A stretch of DNA of 64,000 bases from a virus, in IMG/VR virus record IMGVR_UViG_3300027815_000003, positions 126,285-190,284 of that record; one strand, given 5' to 3'. Positions within the stretch are counted from its first letter, which is position 1, and the number at the start of each line of letters is the position of its first letter. The position numbers and the translations under genes are program-made. The notes under the pieces are model-generated. The model was not told the origin of the DNA. It worked only from the letters and a program-made list of their open reading frames with translations, and ran no database searches. Below are positions 22,533 to 32,322 of this stretch, one piece after another.

Positions 22533-23084
22533 TTATTTTAATCCCATCTTTCTCATTTCTAGAATAGCTTCTGCGTTCCCTATAGCATCATCTAGTGCGT
22601 TGTGTGTGTGTTTTGATTTTCTTAAATGTTTAAAATTTACTGTCATATCTTTCATCATCCCTTTATAAAGACTTCCAATATTTTGTGATGAATATCCAAA
22701 TGGATCAATATTTTTAAAATGTATAAAATACCAATGCATAAACATAAAATCAAAACCATTATTATCTGCAATAAATATTGCTCTCTCGTTTTTTATATTT
22801 AACCTTAACCATTCAGAGAATCTTTCTAAAACAATTTCTGGGTTATCAAATTTTAATGTTTCTTCTCTGGTGAAGCCAGAAATAACCAAAGCATTAGGTT
22901 CCCATTTTTTAGATATTGGTTTTAATTCACCATAAAATTGTTTGTCTAATTTTTCATCTATTATAACAGCACCAAATGAAATCATAGAATAATCACCAGG
23001 TATTGGCCCATCTGCTTCTATGTCTACACTAATTAAAGGCATTTTTATATTTCCTCTATTTTTCCTGGCCCAGTGCTTACCCAT
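22533..23084 (-). CDS. DEDDh 3'-5' exonuclease/exoribonuclease
   Basis: SVDIEADGP, NGFDF and HNALDDA. Confidence 0.8.
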   Translation of the reverse strand: MGKHWARKNRGNIKMPLISVDIEADGPIPGDYSMISFGAVIIDEKLDKQFYGELKPISKKWEPNALVISGFTREETLKFDNPEIVLERFSEWLRLNIKNERAIFIADNNGFDFMFMHWYFIHFKNIDPFGYSSQNIGSLYKGMMKDMTVNFKHLRKSKHTHNALDDAIGNAEAILEMRKMGLK

Positions 23085-23989
23085 TTTACTGGGGTATTTA
23101 CATCATGTTCTACTTTTTTAATAGCAGAGAAAACATTTTTACTATCTAAATAATCTAAAAATGTTAAGCAAATAGCATCTGGTTTACAAATCAAACCAAA
23201 ATTATTTGCTAATTCTGTATCCCATTCCCCAATTCTTCTTATCTTATTTGTAACGGTAGTATATTCTGGTTTTTGTCCTATTAATCCAAATGTTATTTCA
23301 TTTTTTAATGGGCCACTATTACCAGCAACACGGATAGGAAATGTTCTCATTACCCCGATAACTTCATAATCTTTACAATTAGCTATTCCAGCATCAGCAA
23401 GAATTTGTGTCGGAATAATATCTGAAGATGTTACATAAGGATAAAATCCAGAATAATTAAGTGAAAGTCCAAAACCTTGTGTAGATTCTATTAAAATATC
23501 TTTATTGTTTATTTCTTTAGATAAATCTACTATTTTTATTTTATCTGCAGATAATCCTTTTGCGACACTTCCAATTCTTAGAATTTTATTAGCTTTTGCA
23601 GATCCAGTCCCAGTACAAGTACTGCTAATATTATTTAGAGTTATATCGTTTCTTTCGTATTTAATATCGGACAGGGTGATAATAGATGCATTCCTATCTA
23701 TTATAAGAAAGCCATTCCTGTTTATATCAATATATTCTATTTCTTTTTGTAAAACAGATAAATCAATAACACTCCCAGGCCCTAAAGCTAATTTAGAATT
23801 TGTGTGCCAAGCACAAGGGACTTGTCTCATTCTATATGATTTACTATCTATTGTCATGGTATGTCCCGCATTTGGGCCACCAGTACGAATAACTAAATCG
23901 TAATAATATTTTTTAGAATACCAAGCAGTAAATTCTCCTTTACCTTCAGAACCAAATTGTCCACCCATGATTATCGTTGTTTTATTCAT
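23045..23989 (-). CDS. adenylosuccinate synthetase-like protein, PurZ/PurZ0 type
   Basis: GGQFGSEGKG (Ser in place of the PurA catalytic Asp), GPNAGHT, ESTQG, YPYVTS, TTVTNKIRR, TFLDY and STGP. Short form (314 aa). Confidence 0.8.
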   Translation of the reverse strand: MNKTTIIMGGQFGSEGKGEFTAWYSKKYYYDLVIRTGGPNAGHTMTIDSKSYRMRQVPCAWHTNSKLALGPGSVIDLSVLQKEIEYIDINRNGFLIIDRNASIITLSDIKYERNDITLNNISSTCTGTGSAKANKILRIGSVAKGLSADKIKIVDLSKEINNKDILIESTQGFGLSLNYSGFYPYVTSSDIIPTQILADAGIANCKDYEVIGVMRTFPIRVAGNSGPLKNEITFGLIGQKPEYTTVTNKIRRIGEWDTELANNFGLICKPDAICLTFLDYLDSKNVFSAIKKVEHDVNTPVKWVSTGPGKIEEI

Positions 23990-24583
23990 TAAAATCCTTC
24001 AAATTCTGGGAGATTATAATATTGTTCTTCTTCCATTTCTATCTTTTCTATCTTAAAAAAATCACCGACAAACATATCGTCTATTAATAAATCATCGAGA
24101 CAAAACTCTTTTATTTCTGTTATAAAACTACCACTTACACTATACGATATTTTTAGATATTCTTTTTTCATTTTATTCAAATACTCCACTTTCTATTATA
24201 GTATATAGTAACGCTCCATGCCCACCGACAAAATAATTAATTATACATGGATATTGATTGTCATTAATTTTTATTGTTTCTGATAAATAACCATTATATT
24301 TATATTTATTTATAAAACATAATAAATTTACCAAATCAGTATGATTATGTAACAAAAACCATTCTCTTGAAATACCATTTATATCTATGATATTCTTTAT
24401 ATTAAATTTTTTCTTATCTATATCATATTGTTTTATGTAGTTTTCATGTTCTGTAGCTTCATTTTCATTATAAAATACTTTACCATCATCTGTGGTATAA
24501 ACATTTAATTTTTTAATCTCTGAATTTACTATTAAATCTTGATTAGGTTTAAATGTTCTATATTCTGTTGTTGTCACTTTCAT
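23989..24583 (-). other. two hypothetical CDS (23989-24189, 24173-24583)
   Basis: ORF track. Confidence 0.65.
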
Positions 24584-25374
24584 TTATTTATACCTTTCTT
24601 TCTTTCCTTAAAGGTTTTTACTACTTTATGAAGTTCTATTTCTTTTTTAAATGCCTTACAATCTTTAATAGAAGGGCAAGATATCCTTTGTTTAGCAATT
24701 TCCAAATATTCTTGAGAAATATCTATTCCTAAATAATTATGTCCCAATAATTTAGCCGCCAAAAGAGTTGTTCCGCTGCCACAATAGGGATCTATTATCA
24801 GTCCTGGTTCACCATCTAATATAGCATAAATGCACCTAGTTGTCAATTCAATAGGAAATGGCGCTGGATGTTGACTTTTTTGTTCTGGTCTTATGTTCCA
24901 CACAGAGGTAAGTAAAGCATGTTTTGATTGCAATTCTTTACCTATTTTATTATTATCTATTGGTTTATAAAGCCAATAAATTCTTTCTTCTATTTGCCAA
25001 AACCTCCAACCTCTTATATTGGCTGCTATTTGTCTATTCCAAATAATTTCCTGTCTAATTGCCCAATTAGTAGCATTTAACCACAAGATAGGATGTAACA
25101 TTTGGCCTTTTACCCATCTTATTTTGTGGTTATAAAAAAATGAACCACCTGGTTTTGTCACACGATAAAGTTCATTTAGTACATTTATTTGCTCTATTTG
25201 ATAGTCCATTTCATTTTTTGAATCGGAAGAATTAGAATAAATTACTTTGTCTACAAGACCCCCTCTTTGATTCATTTTATTATATGGTGGGGAAGTAATA
25301 CCCATATCAAAAATATTACTTTCTATTTTTTTTAGTTCAATTAATGCGTCACCACAGATTAAATTATTGTCCAT
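24580..25374 (-). CDS. beta-class DNA methyltransferase (N4-C/N6-A)
   Basis: TSPPY, HPAPFP and DPYCGSGTT. Confidence 0.9.
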   Translation of the reverse strand: MDNNLICGDALIELKKIESNIFDMGITSPPYNKMNQRGGLVDKVIYSNSSDSKNEMDYQIEQINVLNELYRVTKPGGSFFYNHKIRWVKGQMLHPILWLNATNWAIRQEIIWNRQIAANIRGWRFWQIEERIYWLYKPIDNNKIGKELQSKHALLTSVWNIRPEQKSQHPAPFPIELTTRCIYAILDGEPGLIIDPYCGSGTTLLAAKLLGHNYLGIDISQEYLEIAKQRISCPSIKDCKAFKKEIELHKVVKTFKERKKGINK

Positions 25375-26087
25375 AAATATTATCTGGTAAACTTTCCATT
25401 ATTTCATTCCAAACATTATCTTTTTTCATGTCTGTAACTATTGGTTCTTGTGGTTTTGATTTTCTGTGGATACAACACCATTTAACTACACCCCATTTTA
25501 TATCTAATTTATACATTTTGTATAAATCTTCTAATTCGTAAATTGGTAGTTTTTCACAATCAGCAACTCCCCAAGCAAATATATCGTTACACCCAACAAG
25601 TAATTCAGTTCTAATATATCCATTTTTACCAAATCCAGCAAATAATATATCTTCTTGTAAAAGCTCAATTAATGCTAATTCTTCTATAAACTCTTTTGTT
25701 CCATCACCCATATCTATATAAGCATCTTTTTTATCTGTCATTTCCATCCTCAAACATTTTATGCATATTATAACCCTCTACACACCAAGAAAGTATTTCA
25801 CTTAATGTTTTTACATGGTCTTTATATCCAGCCTCAATTTGATATTTTACTAAAATTGCACCAGAGATTGCTATTGCATGGATAATGGAAATTTTACCGA
25901 AAAATGGAATGTCTTTTTTAGGAAATTCTCCATTTTTTTCTCTATATGGCGCGGTAGAACCAGTAAAATCTAAAATAGATTCTTTTAATTGTTCCATTTC
26001 TTCTTGTGACAATTCATCTAATTTGGGATATGCACCACAAGAATACCATAATATAGAATATTTTAATGCGGGGTCTAAATTATTCAT
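25364..26087 (-). other. two hypothetical CDS (25364-25753, 25731-26087)
   Basis: ORF track. Confidence 0.65.
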
Positions 26088-26541
26088 TCTTTAACCTTTC
26101 AAGAAAATATACTTGTCCTTTTATTATTTTTTCTTTTGCCTCTTCAATATTAAACCATCGTCCTTTATCTACTTCTGGAAATTCTTTTATTTGTCCAGAA
26201 TTTTTAGGCCACTCCATAGTAAATGTATTACTTTTTATCTCATTTATATCATAATTATACTCAGAAGCCCAAATAAAAACTGTTTTTTGTGGATTTTGGT
26301 CATGTTTACCTAAAAATTTATAACAAATGTTTGGTAAATCAATCCCAGTTTCTTCTCTAAACTCTCTTAAAGCAGAATAAAAAACATTATCATTTTCTTT
26401 AAATTCACCTTTTGGAATAGACCAAGAACCTTTATCTTTATACCATCCATAAGGGCCTCCAGTATGTACAAGAAAAACTTGTAATTCTTTTTCTTGATAC
26501 CATCTATATAACAAAATACCTGCGCTATTTTTTTTGTTCAT
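26080..26541 (-). CDS. NUDIX hydrolase
   Basis: Nudix box PKGE...ALREFREETG. Confidence 0.88.
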   Translation of the reverse strand: MNKKNSAGILLYRWYQEKELQVFLVHTGGPYGWYKDKGSWSIPKGEFKENDNVFYSALREFREETGIDLPNICYKFLGKHDQNPQKTVFIWASEYNYDINEIKSNTFTMEWPKNSGQIKEFPEVDKGRWFNIEEAKEKIIKGQVYFLERLKNE

Positions 26542-27473
26542 ACTCTTTTTTCTTTAATTAATTTATCTACCGTTTCGTATAATGATTCTATTGTTTTATT
26601 ATTATAAATAATTAAATATGGAACTATTTGTTTTACTTCTGTTTCTGTTTGGTGTCCATCGTTACTTTCTAGAATATCTCTTTTTATTTTCCAAATTTTA
26701 AAACCATTACGTTCTACTTCTTGTGCCTCCCGTAATAATCTTACATCAGATATAACTATTTTACTGTATTCCGCAGGTAAGACATATTGATAATTATTTA
26801 TTTTTAGAAAAAGGCTGTTAATAAAAATTTCTTTATTGTTTTGTCTTAAATTATCACCAGTTTTCTGTAAAAGACTTCTCATATAATTATCTTTATTTTC
26901 TATTCTGTTATAAGAAAACCCATATATATTTTTTATAGTTCTTTTTATTTCATCGGCAAAAGCAAATTGTTTAAACCCGTAATTATCCACAAGATATTTA
27001 GCAATAACATCTTTCCCGTGTCTTTTTTCCCCACAAATCGCTATTTTTATATCATATGATTTTTGATTGAACCAATATTCTTCAAATTCATTATAAGAAC
27101 AAAATATTTTGTCAGCACAATATCTTAACCAGGGGTGTGTCTGTAATTTTTGATTAGTACAAATAGCAATAACTGGCTTATAATGCTCTTTTGCATAGAA
27201 AATTTCCATAAAAAGACCCATAGCTATATTATTGTCTATTATAGCTAAAACACCATTACATTCATCTATCCCATTTATATCAGTGTCTACAACACTTACA
27301 GGGACACGAATATCAAATGGGTTCCATTCTCCCTTATCTACAAAAGAAACTTCTTTCGCATTAATATCATAGAATGGATTTACTAGTTCTATTCCAAATT
27401 TTTCTTCTATTTTTAATTCTAGTTCTCTTACTTTTTTTCTAGAATGTGTTGGGTGTGCTAAATATAACTTCAA
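26538..27473 (-). CDS. fusion of nucleoside 2-deoxyribosyltransferase-like domain and dNMP kinase
   Basis: N-half YLAHP...NPF...DINGIDECNGVLA...MEIFYA; C-half GEKRHGKD, FADEIK, SDVR and HQTE. Confidence 0.72.
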   Translation of the reverse strand: MKLYLAHPTHSRKKVRELELKIEEKFGIELVNPFYDINAKEVSFVDKGEWNPFDIRVPVSVVDTDINGIDECNGVLAIIDNNIAMGLFMEIFYAKEHYKPVIAICTNQKLQTHPWLRYCADKIFCSYNEFEEYWFNQKSYDIKIAICGEKRHGKDVIAKYLVDNYGFKQFAFADEIKRTIKNIYGFSYNRIENKDNYMRSLLQKTGDNLRQNNKEIFINSLFLKINNYQYVLPAEYSKIVISDVRLLREAQEVERNGFKIWKIKRDILESNDGHQTETEVKQIVPYLIIYNNKTIESLYETVDKLIKEKRV

Positions 27474-27985
27474 ATTTCCAATTCCTTTCTAACTTTTTCT
27501 AATCTATTTTCTATCCCAATTATTTTATACTCTATATAGTTTTCTTTAAGAAATTTTAGTATTTTTTCTTCTGTTGTTTTTGTTTCTTCCCATGTTTCTA
27601 TTCTTCTCCCTATTACTGAAAATTCGTCTTTGTGTCGTCTAGTAAGAAAAAAAACTTTATTATCAAATTGTTGATAATAATAAGACAAAACTTTATCTAG
27701 ATAGGGGACATTATTTCCGTAAATAGCACCCAAAAGAATAGAAGTATCAGTAACAATATAATCAACTTTATAATTTAATCTTCTTAGTCTTTCAAACATC
27801 ATCCCTGAAACTAAGAGTTGATTAAATTCAAGTATGTCCTCTTTTTCATCCCAAACTAAATCTTTTGCATATTCAGTTACTAATTCTACATTAAAATTTT
27901 TCTTTTTCATAAAAGAAAATAATTCAGCTGCTAATGTAGATTTTCCACATCCAGCAGCACCTAAAAATTGAATAACTACAGTCAA
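27470..27985 (-). CDS. P-loop kinase/ATPase (AAA_28/NadR-like)
   Basis: GAAGCGKST, EYAKDL and IVTDT. Confidence 0.75.
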   Translation of the reverse strand: MTVVIQFLGAAGCGKSTLAAELFSFMKKKNFNVELVTEYAKDLVWDEKEDILEFNQLLVSGMMFERLRRLNYKVDYIVTDTSILLGAIYGNNVPYLDKVLSYYYQQFDNKVFFLTRRHKDEFSVIGRRIETWEETKTTEEKILKFLKENYIEYKIIGIENRLEKVRKELEI

Positions 27986-28339
27986 CTATTATCTCCTGCA
28001 AAAATTAAATGAATTGGGAAACAGGGAATAATACAGATATAAATTTCTGTTCTACCAATTCTTTTACCATAATATTTAATATCTTTCCAATAACAACCTA
28101 TCCATATATCATGTATATTAAATTCTAATTTTATTCGCATGATACACCACCTCCCATAATCATCTCAAAACACTTACAACAAACGTATGCAGTATAAGGA
28201 TGTCTTACAATTTCAATTCCAGCATATATCTGTGTGGTTGGGTCATCATCAAAAATTGTTTCCTCTACTTTATGACTCGCATCTTTATGACACATCCTAC
28301 ATTTTTCGCCGTTACAATATCTAGAAACAAAATGTTTTA

Positions 28340-28807
28340 TCAATTTATCTTCTTCCATAATTCGTAATTACTATATTTTTCCTTTCCTGTTATTTCTTCA
28401 TCTATATAATTTGGTAATATAATTTCTTCATTTTCTGTATCTAGTTCATATTCTGCAATCCACAAATTACTTAACATTGGATTAATAAAATGATCTATTT
28501 CCCAGCCATCTAAAGTAGCATATCTTTCCTTACATATTGTCTTTTGTGATTCTAATAAATAAAGACCTATATTGTTATCTATTCTTTGTTCAAATTCATC
28601 TCTTACTAACCCCTTTCCTTTTTTTACCGTGATATAATACTTCGTATCATTTTGTTTGTATATAGAAGTTTTTCTTCTTACCCTAAATTGTGGGTTGTCA
28701 AAATAAGTTTGTTCTATTAAAAATATATCTAGTAATTTATTATTGTCTATATAATTATAAAAATATGTTGAATCTACTAAAAATCTTCTTTCTATTTCTT
28801 TAGCCAT
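28340..28807 (-). CDS. CYTH (triphosphate tunnel metalloenzyme) protein
   Basis: KEIERRFL, KERY, WEIDHF and AEYE. Confidence 0.8.
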   Translation of the reverse strand: MAKEIERRFLVDSTYFYNYIDNNKLLDIFLIEQTYFDNPQFRVRRKTSIYKQNDTKYYITVKKGKGLVRDEFEQRIDNNIGLYLLESQKTICKERYATLDGWEIDHFINPMLSNLWIAEYELDTENEEIILPNYIDEEITGKEKYSNYELWKKIN

Positions 28808-30491
28808 AACTATCTTCCAACATTTGAATAAATCTCCAAAACGGCCCATTTTCTCTCATTTCTTCCCATTTTTTATTTATATCTACCCATATTTCTTCAA
28901 CATTTCCACTATCACAACACCTACAAACAATAAAATTTAAATAACCTTTTCCATATATCCAACGCCAATAATCACCAACAATAAATTTGTGTCCACATAA
29001 AGTACATTTAAACCATGCTCCATTTTTATGTCCAGACCAATTTGCTTTACAATCTTCTTCTGTCGCAATTCTAGGTTTTTGATCTGTAAATAACATACTA
29101 TTTTCTACTCTTTCATTTTCTGCGTTTTTTATAGTTTTCATAGCTATATCTAACGATTCTTTTCTTGTTATTGGTTTACCTACTATTTCTTTATCCATTT
29201 TTTGTTCTTCCGATACCATTACATTTTTGACAAGTTATGGTGTCTGGATTACTTAACTCAAATAATAATTTTTGTTCTTCTAAATCTCTAAATTGATTTC
29301 CAAAAACAATTTTTAACATTTTTTCTTGTAAATTATCTGGAAGATAATCTTCATATAAAACAATATTATTATCAGTATTTAGTATATGTAAAATATATTT
29401 GTTTGATTTGATATGTTTTTCTTTCATTCTACCATATTCATAATCATAACAAAAAGATATAAAATAATTTTTATATGTTGTTTCTTGTTTTAGATCTATT
29501 GTACAAGTCCATTTTAACCTACCATCTTTTTGTAACGCTTCTAAAAGTAAAATTATTTTTTTTTAAATCCATATTTTTTATTCCTTTTTGTTCCACATAT
29601 TATGAAATTTACAACTTCCTTCAACCATTCCTTTGAAAAATTTGATGTTACCTTTACAATAAGGACAATATTTTTCTTCTGGTTCAGCTAAACCACGATA
29701 TTTCTCGTTTTCTATCCCGAATTCGCAGTATTTACATTTACAAAGCCAACCGTTTTCTGTTAAAAACTCTCTTCCTTTTTTGGTTAATTTTGCATAATTA
29801 GACGCACCATAAGCATCAGACCATTGCCAAGTTGGATCTCCCTCCTCCATTAATCCTTCATTTATAGCTAATTTTATATGTTCTGGTATAGGTTCCCAAA
29901 ATTTTTTATTATTTATTGCATCTCTTAATGCTTGTTCGTGTTGCATTACTTTTCCTTTTCTAATACAACTATTTTATAAAGTGCATCATAAATTTGCGCC
30001 TTTAATGTATTCCCATATCCAATAGCCTGTTTATAGATATTATCTTCTGTACAATAATCAATTACAAAAATTATTTCATTGGTACGATTAGGGCCACTAT
30101 TAAATTTAAAATCTTTATATTTTTTACGTACTGTTTCTAGTAAAATTATAATATCATAAATATCTAAAATTTGCTTTGTCTCAAACGGTAAATTATAGTA
30201 TTTATTTATAAATTCTATTTTATTTATCAATTATTTCTCTTTATTTACCTCTTTTATTATTTTTTGTGCAATAGACAATAATAACTTTCTTTCTGTTCTT
30301 GTTAATTCTATCCAATCATTTTCTATAAATGGCTCAAATCGTTCTGTAATACCACTTATATACTCTGCGACTTTTAATAACTGTGCATTCACAATAGCGT
30401 TATATTCTGATACCTTAAAAATATTTGCAGAAGATAAAATATTTAATTGTTCTTGTTCTGTTAGTTTTATTAAATTTTGATCCATTGACAT
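28800..30491 (-). other. block of hypothetical CDS (28800-29219, 29191-29427, 29578-29946, 29946-30230, 30231-30491)
   Basis: ORF track. Confidence 0.65.
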
Positions 30492-31564
30492 TCCTGGGAA
30501 TAGGCACTACCTATAAGTTCATTTAAATTGGAGAGGTTAAGGTAACTCATCGCACTACGTAATCCATTTACGTATCTAAATACTACAGAAGTCACAGACT
30601 CATTTGTATATGGGACTTCTATTTCTTTACCTTCTACAAATAGGTTTTCTTGTGTCCCATCCCATAAATCATATTTTTTAAGAGTTTCGTAACTAGCCAT
30701 CCCACGAAATTTTTTAATATAAGGATTAATCATACCATAAATATCTGTAGTAAAATATTCAAATTTTTCTTTATTTTCTATTTCCAATTCTTTACCATAA
30801 GGAGTAATAACTTTTTTATATACATCACCTGGTGTTTCTTTACATCCAGCAAAAATACTACCACACATTACTGCATTTGTGCCAAAAACTAACGATTTAA
30901 CCAAATCGGCAGACTTTTTTATTCCTCCATCAAGAATAATTACATCATTTTCATCTCTTTTCCCATCCCACGCATATTGGAGTGAAGTAATGGGTGGGCA
31001 ACCAACCCCAGTCACATCTGTAGTTAAACAAACCCCACCATTACCTATTCCATGCCTAACAGAATTTGCACCCAAAGAAAATGCTCTATTTACTGATTCT
31101 GTAGTAAGTGTGTTGCCTATCATAATATCTGGCATAAAAACATGGCAATTATACCAAGTCATAAAATCTTTTACTAAAGGTGTATTAATATTAGCGGTAT
31201 CTAAAACAAATAAATCTACTATAGTGTTCTTTAAAAGAGATAATATTCTTTTTTCATAATCTTTTAGTCCAACTGCTACATAACATCTTCCAGATTCTTG
31301 TTTTATTTTTATTGCCTTTTCTATCTGTTCTTCTATTGGCATAAATCTATGAAGAATTCCCGCCGCCCCGATTTTATTAAGTGCAATACAGGTTTCTACA
31401 TCTGATATGGTGTCCATTGGTGCAGATATAATAGGATATTTAATGGATATATTTCTTGATATTCTAGTTGTTGTATCTACTTCTTTTCTTGATTTTATTT
31501 CTGATTCTGCTGCTGGTAAAAGTAAAATGTCATCAAATCCTAAAGCCCTTTCTTTATTATCCAT
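30470..31564 (-). CDS. guaB: IMP dehydrogenase / GMP reductase family
   Basis: FDDILLLP, SAPMDT, GILHRF, GIGNGGVCLT (catalytic Cys), DGGI, FRGMAS and GLRSAMSY. guaB versus guaC is not resolvable by eye. Confidence 0.8.
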   Translation of the reverse strand: MDNKERALGFDDILLLPAAESEIKSRKEVDTTTRISRNISIKYPIISAPMDTISDVETCIALNKIGAAGILHRFMPIEEQIEKAIKIKQESGRCYVAVGLKDYEKRILSLLKNTIVDLFVLDTANINTPLVKDFMTWYNCHVFMPDIMIGNTLTTESVNRAFSLGANSVRHGIGNGGVCLTTDVTGVGCPPITSLQYAWDGKRDENDVIILDGGIKKSADLVKSLVFGTNAVMCGSIFAGCKETPGDVYKKVITPYGKELEIENKEKFEYFTTDIYGMINPYIKKFRGMASYETLKKYDLWDGTQENLFVEGKEIEVPYTNESVTSVVFRYVNGLRSAMSYLNLSNLNELIGSAYSQECQWIKI

Positions 31565-32187
31565 TTATTATCCTGTCTTGGAAAAGTTCTTTCCATAATT
31601 TATTTTTTATTCTGTTCCATTGATTAAATGTTTTCATATTCGTTGCAAATCTTCTTTCGGCAAAAAAACATGCTTTTCCAAAGAAAAATGCTTTTATTAC
31701 ATTATCATATCTAGAGTTATGTATATCTCTTAGATAATAAGCTAATGTTTTCCTATCTTGTTTTTCCTCTTGCGTCATTTATTTATCCTAATTCTTTTAC
31801 ATAATTAGTGTAATCTTTGTTATTATACCAATCTTTTAGTGTGATAAAATCTATAGCATTACAAGAAGTACAAGAAAATTTTACAACTTTTCCCTCTCCT
31901 ATCGTATCAACGAAACCAATTCTAGAAAAATGTTCCTGACTATTTCTACATTGTCCTTTAATATTTAAAAATCCATCACAATCTTTATATATTATCTCTG
32001 TCATTTATTTTCCCTCTTTTCTTGCTTTCATCCCAATAGCACAATTATTACATAAAGCTCCATAAGATACCGATTTAGTCCCATCTCTATCTTCTGAATC
32101 CCAATTATACATTATCCTTTTGTGGGCCTCTTCAAAAGTTTCACCCTCTTCAATTTTTAGCTTATGACCACATGTTAACCAAATCAT
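31557..32187 (-). other. three small hypothetical CDS at the operon start (31557-31778, 31783-32004, 32005-32187)
   Basis: ORF track; the last gene most likely starts at MIWLT (32187) after an AGGAG RBS. Confidence 0.65.
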
Positions 32188-32217
32188 TTTTCTCCTTTTC
32201 CCAAACCTTTGTTTCCC

Positions 32218-32287
32218 ATTATACACCCTTGACAGAAAAAAGTCAAATAGATTTAGCCTTGACATCTAGAGAAAGAGATGATATAAT
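32218..32287. promoter_or_regulatory. back-to-back divergent consensus promoters
   Basis: Minus strand TTGACT-17-TATAAT (32246-32218); plus strand TTGACA-17-TATAAT (32259-32287); both have extended -10 TG. They sit exactly at the strand switch. Confidence 0.85.
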
Positions 32288-32322
32288 GTCCTATATGAAT
32301 CAGAGACTTAAAGGGAGAAATT

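Noticed and set aside
7250-24583. Three ORFs sharing a (Y/F)xTxDGxxF...EA motif (7250, 10844, 24173)
   Set aside because: A common small phage domain with low similarity; no sign of a system.
30556-30574. TACGTA-N7-TACGTA inside guaB
   Set aside because: Wrong spacing, coding context and no adjacent promoter; probably chance.
1144-31598. Plus-strand track ORFs antisense to the minus-strand region (other than tnpB)
   Set aside because: Shadow ORFs opposite clear genes, with hydrophobic antisense-like composition and no RBS context.
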